A DNA stretch of 64,000 bases from an uncultured Candidatus Rokubacteria bacterium (GCA_963708025.1 CAVPSB010000023.1:32001-96000), one strand, 5' to 3'; positions 39,796 to 49,765 are shown, counted from the stretch's first letter. The notes: generated by a model not told the origin, from the sequence alone. A program made the numbers and translations.

Positions 39796-39965
39796 CCGAG
39801 GGGATTTCGGAGCCCCCCGACGCCCCCGGCCTGGCGGCAGCCGGGAACCCTCGCCTGAGGCGCGGAGCGCCGCCGGGTGGGTGGCCGCTCGGATGCGGCT
39901 CCCGTCCGAGCACGGCGGACCGTCTGGCCTGCACCACGCCCCCTCGGAGCGACCCCCCCGAAGAT
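39796..39965. repeat. Degenerate family C repeat between convergent genes
   Basis: GGGGATTTCGGAGCCCCCCGACGCCCCC at the left end; CCCCCCCGAAGA at the right end, resembling 44661-44671. Confidence 0.45.
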
Positions 39966-39966
39966 C

Positions 39967-40770
39967 TCATCCCGCCTGCGCCTCGATGGCGGCCAGCACC
40001 GGCAAGACGTGCTCACGAAAGCGGATGATGTCGCGATACCGGCCCTCGTTGACGCGGATCTGCCCGGAACGCTCGTAGGCGGGTGCATCGTTCTCGAAGC
40101 GCGCGATCATCGATCGTGTCGCGGCGGGCCGCAGGCACTCCACCGCGAACGCTTGCCGGCCAAATCGCTCGAGCGCGGCCTCCACTTCCTTGCGCATCTC
40201 GGGATAGGCCTGAGCCGCCCCCAGCTTGCGCTCCAGGGCGGCTTCGTCGAGGCGCAGCCACCGCGCGCCGGCGCGCAATGGCTCGGGGCAGCTGTCGGGG
40301 GCAGTGTCCAGGACGAAGTCGTAGTTCTGAAGCGCGCGCCCCGTCTGCTGGCGCGCCATCTCCACGGCGCCGTCGATGATGAAGCGGCACACGTCGTGCA
40401 CCGGATTGAAGCCTTCCACCGCGTCCCCGGCCACGCACTCCACGCCTGCCTCCGCCAGAGCGGCGGCCAGCTCCTTGGCCAGGCCCACGAACACCTCCGC
40501 CTGCCCGTCGAGGAGCAGGCGATAGACTTCCTTGTCGCGATAGCGACCGTAGAGCTGTCCCACCGTGGCGCCGGCGTGTTCCAGCAGGCAGCTGGTGGAC
40601 GCGATGCGGGACGTCGCGCTGCCGCCGGAGCCGTCGGTGAGGCAGAAGTAGAGCGGGCGGTGCCGTTCCACCCAGTGGTAAACCATCAGCTCGTGCCCAG
40701 GATGGGCCACGATGAGGGCGGTCTTGTCCGGGGCACCCAAAGGGGTTCGAGAATCGCTCGGGGCGCCCAC
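39967..40770 (-). CDS. PIG-L/LmbE-like hypothetical protein (AHPGHE variant)
   Basis: LIVAHPGHEL, CLTDGS and EGFNPVHD segments resemble PIG-L motifs; start inferred. Confidence 0.55.
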   Translation of the reverse strand: MGAPSDSRTPLGAPDKTALIVAHPGHELMVYHWVERHRPLYFCLTDGSGGSATSRIASTSCLLEHAGATVGQLYGRYRDKEVYRLLLDGQAEVFVGLAKELAAALAEAGVECVAGDAVEGFNPVHDVCRFIIDGAVEMARQQTGRALQNYDFVLDTAPDSCPEPLRAGARWLRLDEAALERKLGAAQAYPEMRKEVEAALERFGRQAFAVECLRPAATRSMIARFENDAPAYERSGQIRVNEGRYRDIIRFREHVLPVLAAIEAQAG

Positions 40771-40871
40771 CGTGGCCAGATTACCATGCGGGTGGGGCGC
40801 CCAGATGATTCGTGATGCGTGGCCATCCGGAGTGGGCCCGGCGCCCCGGGCGCGGTCGCGAATGGTCCGCG

Positions 40872-41969
40872 CTAGGGACGCGCGAGCGCGGAGTCCAGCG
40901 CCGCGAGCATCGCCGCGTTCTGGGCGGCGGTCCCGATGCTGATCCGGAGGTGCCGCGGCAGCCCGACGTGGGCCCCGTCTCGCACGAGCACCCCCTGCGC
41001 CCGCATGACGGCCACCACCGGGCCGGACTCCCGGTCGATCCGCACGATCAGGAAGTTCGCGTCGCTCGGGGCGTACCCGAGCCGCCGCGCCTCCAGCGCG
41101 TCGTAGAGCCGGCGCTTCTCCGCCCACACGAGGCGCCGCGTTGCCTCCCGGTGGTCGGTGTCCCCGATGGCCGCCGTGGCGCCGACCTGGGCGAGTCGCC
41201 CCACGTTGAACGGCTCGCGCGTCCGGTCGAGCATCGCGATGACGGCGGGGTCGGCGATCGCGTAGCCGACCCGCAGCCCGGCCAGGCCGGTGATCTTCGA
41301 GAACGTGCGCAGGAGCACGAGACCCCCGGGCCGGGCGCCGAGCGTCGCCAGGCCGTCGGCGGCCGCCTTCGGCTCCTCCACGAAGTCGATGTAGGCCTCG
41401 TCGAGCAAGATCACCACGTCGCCGGGACAGCGGGCAGCGAAGCGCTCCCAGTCGGCGCGTGGCAGCGCGGGGCCGGTCGGGTTGTGGGGACTCGACAGGC
41501 AGACGAGCTTCGTGCGCGGCGTCACGCGACGGAGGATGTCGCCGAGATCGATCCGGTAGTCCCGGAGCGGGCTCGTGACGACGGCCCCGCCGGCCAGGAG
41601 GGCCGTCGTCGTGTAGGGCTCGAAGGCCGGATCGGGCACGACGACCTCGTCGCCGGGATCGAGCAGCGCGCGGGCGAGGATGGTGAGGATCTCGTCGCCG
41701 CCGTTGCCGAACAGGAGATGGGCCGGCGTGACGCCCAGCGCCGCGGCCACCGCCTCCCGGAGCGCGGGCGCGCCGCCGTCAGGGTAGAGGTGGATCCGGC
41801 CCGCCTCCGCGCGGATGGCCTCCACGGCGCGCGGCGACGGTCCGATGGGGTTCTCGTTGGCCGAGAGCCGGATCACCGGCCGGCCCAGCTCGGCCTCGAG
41901 CCGCGCTAGAGGCGGCGGCGGGATGTACGGCTCGATGCGGGAGAGGATCGGGCGCCAGCGGGGCGGCAT
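40872..41969 (-). CDS. hisC: Histidinol-phosphate aminotransferase
   Basis: LSANENPIG, NGGDE, PHNPTG, DEAY and RTFSKITGLAGLRVGY motifs. Confidence 0.93.
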   Translation of the reverse strand: MPPRWRPILSRIEPYIPPPPLARLEAELGRPVIRLSANENPIGPSPRAVEAIRAEAGRIHLYPDGGAPALREAVAAALGVTPAHLLFGNGGDEILTILARALLDPGDEVVVPDPAFEPYTTTALLAGGAVVTSPLRDYRIDLGDILRRVTPRTKLVCLSSPHNPTGPALPRADWERFAARCPGDVVILLDEAYIDFVEEPKAAADGLATLGARPGGLVLLRTFSKITGLAGLRVGYAIADPAVIAMLDRTREPFNVGRLAQVGATAAIGDTDHREATRRLVWAEKRRLYDALEARRLGYAPSDANFLIVRIDRESGPVVAVMRAQGVLVRDGAHVGLPRHLRISIGTAAQNAAMLAALDSALARP

Positions 41970-41978
41970 GGCGGGGGG

Positions 41979-42007
41979 AGTGTACGGGCCGAGCCGCGCA
42001 CTGTCAA
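41979..42007 (-). promoter_or_regulatory. Sigma70 promoter of hisC (near-leaderless)
   Basis: TTGACA-17-TACACT, 9 nt before the ATG, no SD. Confidence 0.7.
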
Positions 42008-42032
42008 GGCGCGGGGGAGTGCGATACCATCC

Positions 42033-42821
42033 ATGCCGATGCCGCCGGCTCACATCGACGTGCGCGATCTAAGCAAGCGGTGGGCCACCCGCGACGGCGG
42101 CGTGGCCGCCCTCGATCGGATCTCCCTCGGCGTGGCGCCGCAGGAATTCGTGACCGTGCTCGGCCCGTCCGGCTGCGGCAAGTCGACCCTGCTCTCGATC
42201 ATCGGCGGCCTGGTGGCGCCGGACGCGGGCGAGGTCCGGGTGGCCGGGGCCGCGCTCCGGGGCCCCGATCCGCGCAAGGTGGCCATGGTTTTCCAGGACC
42301 CCGGCCTCTTCCCGTGGCGGACCGCGCTCGAGAACGTCGAGTTCGGCCTGGAGCTCCAGGGAGTGCCGGCGGCCCAGCGGCGGGAGACCGCCCGCGGACT
42401 CCTCGAGCCGGTCGGGCTTCGCGGGTTCGAGGGGCGTTATCCCCGCGAGCTGTCCGGCGGGATGAAGCAGCGGGTGGCGATCGCCCGCGCGCTGGCGCTC
42501 GACTCGCCGATCCTCCTGATGGACGAGCCCTTCGGCGCCCTCGACGAGCAGACGCGGCTCCTGATGGGCGAGTGGCTCCTCGGCATCTGGGCCAAGACTC
42601 GGAAGACCGTGGTGTTCGTCACCCACAGCCTGCAGGAGGCGATCATGCTGTCCCAGCGTATCCTATTGATGACGGCGCGGCCGGGCCGCATCAAGGCGAC
42701 GTTCGAGGTGGCGCTCTCCTCGCCCCGGGATCTGACCGGGGCGGAGGCCATGGCGCTCCGGGTCAGGCTGTGGGACGCGATCCGCGAAGAGTCGCTGCGC
42801 GCGATGGAGAGCGGCCTGTGA
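42033..42821 (+). CDS. NitT/TauT-family ABC ATPase
   Basis: GPSGCGKST, LFPWRT, LSGGMKQR and MDEPFGALD motifs. Confidence 0.92.
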   Translation: MPMPPAHIDVRDLSKRWATRDGGVAALDRISLGVAPQEFVTVLGPSGCGKSTLLSIIGGLVAPDAGEVRVAGAALRGPDPRKVAMVFQDPGLFPWRTALENVEFGLELQGVPAAQRRETARGLLEPVGLRGFEGRYPRELSGGMKQRVAIARALALDSPILLMDEPFGALDEQTRLLMGEWLLGIWAKTRKTVVFVTHSLQEAIMLSQRILLMTARPGRIKATFEVALSSPRDLTGAEAMALRVRLWDAIREESLRAMESGL

Positions 42822-43564
42822 GGATCGTCGTCGCGCGGGTCGCCCTGCTGGTCCTGGCCCTGGGCGCCTGGGAGCTGTGGGCCCGCCGGGAGAACCCTCT
42901 CCTCTACATTCCGCCCTCCCGGGTCGGGCCGGCGCTGGTCCGCCTGCTTCGCCTCGAGTCCTACCCGACGCTTCCCGTAGAGCTCGCGCTCACCGTGGTC
43001 GAGGTATTGGTCGCCTTCGCGCTGGCAGCGGGGCTCGGGCTGGCCCTCGGCTTCCTTCTGGGGCTGCCGCGCTACCTCGGCGAGGTCTACGAGCCGATTC
43101 TCTCGGCGCTCTACGCGATCCCGAGCGTCGTCTGGTATCCCTCGCTCATGCTCTTCTTCGGGCTCGGCCCGGCGTCCAAGATCGCCTTCGGCGTCCTGCT
43201 CGGGTTCTTCCCGGTGGTCCTGGCGGTCCTGACCGGCATCCGCTCGGTCGACCGGCACCTCATCACGGTGGCGCGGGCGTTCGGGGCGAGCCCGGCGAGC
43301 TGCTTCCTCAGGGTGATGCTGCCGGCCATGAGCGGGACCCTGGTGGCCGGCCTTCGCGCGGGGCTCGCGCTCGTGGTCGTGGGCGTGATCGTGGGCGAGA
43401 TCCTGGGCGCCCGCGGCGGGCTCGGCCATCTGATCAACCACGCCTACGGCTTCATGCGGACCGCCGACTACGCGGCGCTGGCCATCGTGGCGCTGCTCCT
43501 GGTGGTCGTCGTGGATAGCGCCGGCGCCCTCGTCGAGGCGCGGGCCCGCCGCTGGGTCGCCTGA
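42818..43564 (+). CDS. NitT/TauT-family ABC permease
   Basis: YAIPSVVW, EAA-like loop and GEILGARGGLG. Confidence 0.88.
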   Translation: MRIVVARVALLVLALGAWELWARRENPLLYIPPSRVGPALVRLLRLESYPTLPVELALTVVEVLVAFALAAGLGLALGFLLGLPRYLGEVYEPILSALYAIPSVVWYPSLMLFFGLGPASKIAFGVLLGFFPVVLAVLTGIRSVDRHLITVARAFGASPASCFLRVMLPAMSGTLVAGLRAGLALVVVGVIVGEILGARGGLGHLINHAYGFMRTADYAALAIVALLLVVVVDSAGALVEARARRWVA

Positions 43565-43567
43565 ACC

Positions 43568-43786
43568 TCGGGGGCCTCGGAAGGCCCCCGAGGCCCCCCC
43601 GCGGCGGCCGCGGCGCGAAGTGGAACGCCAGGGCCGCGCGGCCGGAGCCGGGGGGTGCGAGAAGCCGATGGGCGGCGAGAATGGGGACCGCCGTCCCAGA
43701 GTGTCTGAAGCAGTCGATGCTTCCGGCCCCCCTCCCCCCGGTGGGTGGGGGAGGGGGGTTGGGGGGTGGGCGGGAGGTTACGAATG
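43568..43786 (+). repeat. Composite repeat C + middle + B between the two permeases
   Basis: GGGGGCCT-CGGA-AGGCCCCC; 43616-43692 matches 31364-31441; ends GGGCGGGAGGTTACGAATG at the permease start. Confidence 0.8.
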
Positions 43787-44527
43787 TCGGCCTGGATGCG
43801 GCGGATGATCCAGCTCGGCTCGATTCTGCTCCTGCTGCTCGCCTGGGACACGGTCGTGCGGCTCGAGTGGGTGGATTCGCTCTTCGTCCCGGCGCCCTCG
43901 GCGGTGGCGCTGGCGCTGGCGGCGATCGGCCCCGAGGCCTTCCGCCTCCTCGGCGAGACGCTCGGCAAAGCGCTGATCGCCTACGTGCTGTCGGTTGTGC
44001 TCGGGGTCGGCGTCGGCCTGGCGATCGGCGCGGTCCGGTACCTCCACGACGTGCTGAACCCGTTTCTCATCGCGGTGTACGCGATTCCGAAGATCCTGGT
44101 CCTGCCGTGGATCTTGCTGACCTTTGGCCTCGGGCTGACGCCGGCGATCGTCTACGGACTCCTGCAGGGCTTCTTCCCGATCTGCCTCCTGGTGGCGGGC
44201 GGGGTGCGTGACATCGACCGCCAGCCGATCGTGATCGCCCGCTCGATGGGCGCGACGACCGGGCAGATCTACCGGAAGGTCATCTTCCCGGCGGTGCTGC
44301 CGTCCGTCCTGGCCGGCATGCGGCTCGGGATCGTCTTCTGCCTGCTCGGCGTCCTCGTGGTCGAGATGTTCGGCGGGATCCGGGGGATGGGCTTCCTGCT
44401 CACCACGCTGGCCAACGCCTTCCGGGCGGCCGAGCTGTTCGCCGCGACCGCGCTGGTCTCCGTGCTGTCGATCGCCGTGGTCCTGGCGCTGGAGAGCCTG
44501 AACCGCCACCTCGGCCGCTGGCGCTGA
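43784..44527 (+). CDS. NitT/TauT-family ABC permease (second)
   Basis: YAIPKILVLP and ARSMGAT..KVIFPAVLP motifs. Confidence 0.88.
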   Translation: MSAWMRRMIQLGSILLLLLAWDTVVRLEWVDSLFVPAPSAVALALAAIGPEAFRLLGETLGKALIAYVLSVVLGVGVGLAIGAVRYLHDVLNPFLIAVYAIPKILVLPWILLTFGLGLTPAIVYGLLQGFFPICLLVAGGVRDIDRQPIVIARSMGATTGQIYRKVIFPAVLPSVLAGMRLGIVFCLLGVLVVEMFGGIRGMGFLLTTLANAFRAAELFAATALVSVLSIAVVLALESLNRHLGRWR

Positions 44528-44606
44528 CCGGCCCCCTCCAACGAATCGGAGTTCGCGGAGTATGCAGTGTCGCGTTCAGTGCGACGCGAGCCATGAAGAG
44601 CGTCCG

Positions 44607-44671
44607 AGCGGCGGCTTCGCCGCCGCAACCGAGGGGGGGGAATCGGGGGGTCTTCCGAGACCCCCCGAAGA
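44607..44671 (-). repeat. Family C hairpins downstream of the SBP stop
   Basis: Minus strand CGGGGGGTCT-CGGA-AGACCCCCCG, then GCGGCGGC-GAA-GCCGCCGC. Confidence 0.7.
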
Positions 44672-44673
44672 AA

Positions 44674-45657
44674 CTACACGCGGACCGGGGTGAACTCGGT
44701 CGTGTAGCAGTCGGCGGTCGGCACCCGCTGCTTCTGGGCCTTCAGGTCGACCATCGTCGTCTGCATGATGTCGATCGCTTCGACGCTGATCGCGCCGTCC
44801 CTGGAGAAGAGCGGGCCGGTGATCTCGGCGGCGCGGGCCACGGCGTTCTCGGGCCAGCCCAGGGTCTTGGCCGCGATGGCGTGGGCCTCCTTCGGCGACT
44901 CGCGGATGAGCTTCACCCCCTGGAAGAAGCCCTTGAGGATGCCCCCGATGGCCGCCTTCTGGCCCTTGATGGCGTCGTCGGTGCAGTAGGCGGCCAGGCT
45001 GATCCACTTCGGGGTGACCGAGTCGAGCCGGAACAGGATCCGTGATTTGCCCTGGAGCTCCGAGACCGCGCCCGAGTCGCCGAAGATGAAAGCGTGGATC
45101 TCCCCGCGAGAGGCGGCGGCGAGGATGGCATCGTTCCCCCCCAGGCCGAGGATCTTCACGTCGCGCTCGGGATCCCATCCCTGCTGCCGGGCCACCAGGT
45201 TGGCGAAGACCCACGTGGTGGAGCCGACGCGGGTGACGCCGATCGACTTGCCCTTGAGGTCGGCGAGCTTGGCGATGCCCGGCACCACGTTGAAGGTGAA
45301 CGAGTTGCCCCCGACGACGGTGGCGACGTACCGGATCGGGACGCCCTCCGCCCGGAAGACCGGCACGTCGGTGGCCCCGGTGACGCCGACCAGGATCTGC
45401 TCCCCGACGACCGCCTTGACGAGGTCGGGCCCGCCCCGGAACGGCTGGAACTCGACGTTCACCCCGGCCGCCTTGAAGAACCCCTTGTCCAGCGCGACCG
45501 CGATCGGCCCCACCAGCCCGAAGTCCGAGAGGACGGCGGTGCCGATCTTGACCGTCGGCCCCTGGGCGGGGACCGGCCACGGGCGCGTGACCACGCCGGC
45601 GGCGGTCACCAGGCCGCCGGCCGTCAGCCGGAAGAACTGCCGTCGTGAGGTCTGCAT
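44674..45657 (-). CDS. NMT1/SsuA-like ABC substrate-binding protein, Tat signal (paralogue 2)
   Basis: MQTSRRQFF; KGFFKAAGVNVE; DLKGKSIGVTRVGS. Confidence 0.88.
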   Translation of the reverse strand: MQTSRRQFFRLTAGGLVTAAGVVTRPWPVPAQGPTVKIGTAVLSDFGLVGPIAVALDKGFFKAAGVNVEFQPFRGGPDLVKAVVGEQILVGVTGATDVPVFRAEGVPIRYVATVVGGNSFTFNVVPGIAKLADLKGKSIGVTRVGSTTWVFANLVARQQGWDPERDVKILGLGGNDAILAAASRGEIHAFIFGDSGAVSELQGKSRILFRLDSVTPKWISLAAYCTDDAIKGQKAAIGGILKGFFQGVKLIRESPKEAHAIAAKTLGWPENAVARAAEITGPLFSRDGAISVEAIDIMQTTMVDLKAQKQRVPTADCYTTEFTPVRV

Positions 45658-45677
45658 CGGATCGCTCCTTCGCCAGC

Positions 45678-46658
45678 TCACAGCCGGACCGGAGTGAACT
45701 CCGCCGTGTAGCAGTCGGCGGTGGGCACCCGCTGCTTCTGGGCCTTCAGCTCGACCAATGTCGTCTGCATCACGTCGATGGCCTCGACGTTGATGGCGCC
45801 GTCCTTGGAGAGGAGCGGCCCCGAGACCTGGTGGGCGCGCAGGACGGCTTCCTCCGACCAGCCGATGGCCTTGGCCGCGATGGGAGCGGCCTCCTTCGGC
45901 GACTCGCGCAGGAGCTTCGAGCCCTGGAAGAACCCCCGGAGGGTGCGCTGGAGCGCGTCCTTGTTCCCCTTGATGTACTCGTCGGTGCAGTAGGCCGACT
46001 GGCTGATCCACTTCGGCGTCACGCTGTCCAGCCGGACGAGGATCTTCGACTTCCCCTGGAGCTCGGTCACGGCTCCCCCGTCGCCCCAGACATAGGCGTG
46101 GATCTCGCCCCGGGTGAGTGCTGCCAGCTGGGCGTCCAGCCCGCCGAGCCCGAGGATCTTGACGTCGCGCTCCGGATCCCAGCCCTGCTGCTTGGCGAGC
46201 ATGACGGCGAAGACCCAGGTGGTGGCGCCGACGCGGGTGACCCCGATCGACTTGTCCTTGAGATCGGCGAGCCGGGCGATCCCGGGGGCCACGTTGAGGG
46301 TGAAGTGGTTCCCGTCCACGGTGGTCGCCACGTAGCGGACCGGGACCCCCTCGGCGCGGAAGACGGGAACGTCCGTGCTGCCGGTCACCCCGATCTGGAC
46401 TTGATTGGCGAGGACGGCCTTGACGAGGTCGGGGCCACCGCGGAAGGGCTGGAACTCGACGTTCACCCCGGCGGCCTTGAAGTAGCCCTTCTCCAGTCCG
46501 ACCACGATCGGGGAGACGAGCGAGTAGTCGGCGAGCACCGCCGTCCCGATCTTGACGGTCGGCACCTGCGCCGGCACGGGCCGGGGTCGGGCGGCGGCAG
46601 CAGCCGCCACCACACCGCCGGCGGTGACACGGAAGAACTGACGCCGGGACGTCACCAT
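45678..46658 (-). CDS. NMT1/SsuA-like ABC substrate-binding protein, Tat signal (paralogue 1)
   Basis: MVTSRRQFF; colinear with and highly similar to the downstream paralogue. Confidence 0.88.
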   Translation of the reverse strand: MVTSRRQFFRVTAGGVVAAAAAARPRPVPAQVPTVKIGTAVLADYSLVSPIVVGLEKGYFKAAGVNVEFQPFRGGPDLVKAVLANQVQIGVTGSTDVPVFRAEGVPVRYVATTVDGNHFTLNVAPGIARLADLKDKSIGVTRVGATTWVFAVMLAKQQGWDPERDVKILGLGGLDAQLAALTRGEIHAYVWGDGGAVTELQGKSKILVRLDSVTPKWISQSAYCTDEYIKGNKDALQRTLRGFFQGSKLLRESPKEAAPIAAKAIGWSEEAVLRAHQVSGPLLSKDGAINVEAIDVMQTTLVELKAQKQRVPTADCYTAEFTPVRL

Positions 46659-46722
46659 GAAGGGCTCCTTTCTCGAACCGATTGGAGCATCCGTTGGACG
46701 TGGCGGGCGATCCGCGGCTCGG

Positions 46723-46819
46723 ATCATACCGAGGGCGCCGCCGGACTGTCAATTGCCGCGTCCAGCGCGGCCGCCCGGCGCCCCGGTTGTTTGACACCCC
46801 CTACCCGGCATGCTAGCGT
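46723..46819. promoter_or_regulatory. Back-to-back sigma70 promoters (SBP pair and glnD)
   Basis: Minus: TTGACA-18-TATGAT (46752-46723). Plus: TTGACA-17-TAGCGT (46791-46819). Confidence 0.7.
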
Positions 46820-46966
46820 CGTGTGTGCCATATCCTCGCGATGCTGCCTGCGTGGCTCCGCCCGCGCGGTCGATCGAGGCGGGCGGAGAAACTGGGGAGC
46901 CCGGGAAGGCCCGGAGGCCGGTCGCGACCGGGACGAGCGACGAGGCCACCCGAGGCGCATGAGGCA

Positions 46967-49765
46967 ATGGTTGACACTCTCGCTCGCCGTTTGCGCCGCG
47001 CCGAAGCGGTCTTGCAGGAGAGCTTCATCGGCCCGGCCGCCGACTGGCCGGATCGCCGCCGCCGGCTCCGGATCGAGCTGCTCCGCGAGCACCTGACCGC
47101 CGGCCAGGCGCGCCTGCGCGCCCGGCACGCCGATGGGGCGTCCGGGGAGGAGAGCGTCAGGAGCCACGCCGCCTTCATGGACGGCTTCCTGCGGCTCCTG
47201 TTCGAGCTCGCCCACACCGACGTCCGCCCGGATGGGCCCGGCCGGATGCCCCTGGTGCTGGCCGCGCTCGGCGGCTACGGGCGGGGCGAGCTGCACCCCT
47301 CCTCCGATCTCGACCTGATGCTCGTCCACGGGGGCGAGGTGACCCCGTACGTCCAGCGCATGGCCCAGGAGATCCTCTACACGCTCTGGGACCTCGGGCT
47401 GCGGGTCGGCCACGCGTGCCGGTCGCTGGCGGACTGTCTGGCGCTGGCCCGGACCGATCTGCCGAGCCGGACCTCCATGCAGGCGGCCCGGTTCCTCGCC
47501 GGCGACCGCCGCCTCTTCGAGAAGTTCCAGCGGACGCTCCGCCAGGAGGTCTACCGGAAGGACTACGCGGAGTTCCTCCGGCAGACCCTCGCCGAGCGCG
47601 ACGAGCGCTACCGCAAGCACGGCGGCTCGGTGTTCGCGCAAGAGCCGAACGTGAAGGAGTCGGCCGGCGGGCTCCGCGACGTCCACACCGCCCTCTGGCT
47701 AGCCTTCACCAAGTTCGGCGCTCGCACGCTCCAGGAGCTGGAGGACAAGCACCTGCTGACGCGCAAGGAGCGGGCGGCCACCGACGAGGCGCTGACCTTC
47801 CTCTGGCGGGTCCGGAACGAGCTGCACTTCCTGGCCGGCACCAAGCAGGACGTGCTGGAGCGCGAGCTGCAGGCGCGGATCGCGAAGAGCTTCGGCTACG
47901 AGACCGACACCGTCCGGCTGGACGTCGAGACGTTCATGCGCGACTACTACCGCCACGCGTGGACGATCCACCGTGTCTCGGCGCGCCTGATCGCCCGGTC
48001 CCACGAGGGGCTGGCCCGCCGGGTGACCGTCGGCCGCCGCGTCCGGGGTGCCGCGCTCGCCGACGGCCTCGTCGTCTACGACGGCCGGCTCCGCCTGACC
48101 GAGGCCGACGGCCTCCGCAAGGACCCGGCGCGCATCATGCGGGTCTTCTGGCACGCCCAGCAGCTCGGCTGCGCGCTGGACGTGGACCTCGAGCGGGCGG
48201 TCGAGGACGCGGCACCGGTGCTGGAGGAGGACGCCTGGCGGGCCTCGCCCGAGCTGCGCGCGATCTTCCTGGGGATCCTCCGGTCGTGGGGGCGGGTGGC
48301 CACCACGCTGCGCGGCATGCACGACACCGGGGTCCTGGGAGCGTACCTGCCGGAGTTCGGCGCGCTGACCTGCCTGCCCCAGTACGACCACTATCACCGC
48401 TACACGGTGGATCAGCACTCGCTGCTGGCGGTCGAGGTGCTGGAGGGACTGGCGCCCGGGCAGGGGGCCGACTCCGACGAGCTCGCCCAGCTGGTGGCAG
48501 AGCTGGAGCGACCCGAGCTCTTGACGCTGGGCGTGCTGCTCCACGACGTCGGCAAGGCGCAGGGGTCGGGCCACGCGGCGAAGGGCGTCCCTCTGATCAA
48601 GGGCCTCACGCGCCGGCTGAACCTCGATCCCGACGACGCCGCCGCCGTCGAGTTTCTCGTCGAGCACCACCTCGTCCTGTCCCACACCGCGGAGCGGCGC
48701 GACATCGAGGACCCCAAGACGGTGGAGCGATTCGCCTCCCTCGTGCGGTTCCCGGCCTGGCTCACGATGCTCTATCTCCTGAGCTGCGTCGACATCCGCG
48801 CGGTCGGGCCTGGCATCTGGAACCCGTGGCGGGGCGCGCTCCTGCGGGAGCTGTTCGTGCGGACCCGGACGCGCCTGGCCGGACGCTTCCCGAAGCCGCC
48901 CCGCCGCGCCGCCGTCGCCCACCGGATCGTGCAGGCGCTGGCCGATCCTACGTACGCCGCCGCCGCCGGGGCGCATCTGGCGGCGATGTCCGACCGCTAC
49001 GTCCGCTCGACCTCACCGCAGCGCATGGCCGCCCATCTCCGCCTGATCGACCGCCTGCGCGAGGAGCCGGTCGTCACCGAGCTGTTCCACTACCCGGAGC
49101 TGGGCGCCTCCGACCTGGTGGTCGTCACGCGGGACGTGCCCGGCCTGTTCGCGCTGATCGCCGGCACCCTGGCCGCCCACGACGTCAACATCCGGTCGGC
49201 GCAGATCGAGACCCGGGCCGACCGGGTGGCGGTCGACACCTTCCACGTCAACGACGCCGCCGGGGAGGCGATCCGCGACGAGCGCCGCTGGGATCAGGTG
49301 ACGGGCGCTCTGCGCCGTGCGCTCCGGGGCGAGGTGTCGGTCGAGGAGCTGTTCGCGACGCAGCGCCGGTCATTGCCGGCGCCCGCCGGCGCGGTGCGGG
49401 TCAGCCTGGACAACTCGTTGTCGGACACCCACACCGTGGTGGAGGTGAAGGCGCCGGACCGCGTTGGTCTGCTCTATGGCATCACCCGCGCGCTCGCCCA
49501 GCAGGGGCTCAACGTGGCGACGGCGAAGATCGCGACCGAGCGCGACCAGGCCTTCGACGCCTTCTACGTGACGGATGGAGCCGGCCGGAAGATCGAGGCG
49601 CCAGCGCGGGCCGCGGCCATCCGCGACGCCGTCAGGCGCGCGCTCGAGGCACCAGCGGCCGCGCCCGTCGCGGCCGAGACCCCAGAGGCCCCGGCGCAGC
49701 GCGGCCCAGCGGCCGCGCCCGTCGCGGCCGAGACGACGTCAGGCCTCCATGCTGGGACGCTATAA
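46967..49765 (+). CDS. glnD: [Protein-PII] uridylyltransferase (alternative start 46841)
   Basis: ALGGYGRGELHPSSDLDL, EPNVKESAGGLRD, HRYTVDQH, LLHDVGK and two ACT domains. Confidence 0.96.
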   Translation: MVDTLARRLRRAEAVLQESFIGPAADWPDRRRRLRIELLREHLTAGQARLRARHADGASGEESVRSHAAFMDGFLRLLFELAHTDVRPDGPGRMPLVLAALGGYGRGELHPSSDLDLMLVHGGEVTPYVQRMAQEILYTLWDLGLRVGHACRSLADCLALARTDLPSRTSMQAARFLAGDRRLFEKFQRTLRQEVYRKDYAEFLRQTLAERDERYRKHGGSVFAQEPNVKESAGGLRDVHTALWLAFTKFGARTLQELEDKHLLTRKERAATDEALTFLWRVRNELHFLAGTKQDVLERELQARIAKSFGYETDTVRLDVETFMRDYYRHAWTIHRVSARLIARSHEGLARRVTVGRRVRGAALADGLVVYDGRLRLTEADGLRKDPARIMRVFWHAQQLGCALDVDLERAVEDAAPVLEEDAWRASPELRAIFLGILRSWGRVATTLRGMHDTGVLGAYLPEFGALTCLPQYDHYHRYTVDQHSLLAVEVLEGLAPGQGADSDELAQLVAELERPELLTLGVLLHDVGKAQGSGHAAKGVPLIKGLTRRLNLDPDDAAAVEFLVEHHLVLSHTAERRDIEDPKTVERFASLVRFPAWLTMLYLLSCVDIRAVGPGIWNPWRGALLRELFVRTRTRLAGRFPKPPRRAAVAHRIVQALADPTYAAAAGAHLAAMSDRYVRSTSPQRMAAHLRLIDRLREEPVVTELFHYPELGASDLVVVTRDVPGLFALIAGTLAAHDVNIRSAQIETRADRVAVDTFHVNDAAGEAIRDERRWDQVTGALRRALRGEVSVEELFATQRRSLPAPAGAVRVSLDNSLSDTHTVVEVKAPDRVGLLYGITRALAQQGLNVATAKIATERDQAFDAFYVTDGAGRKIEAPARAAAIRDAVRRALEAPAAAPVAAETPEAPAQRGPAAAPVAAETTSGLHAGTL

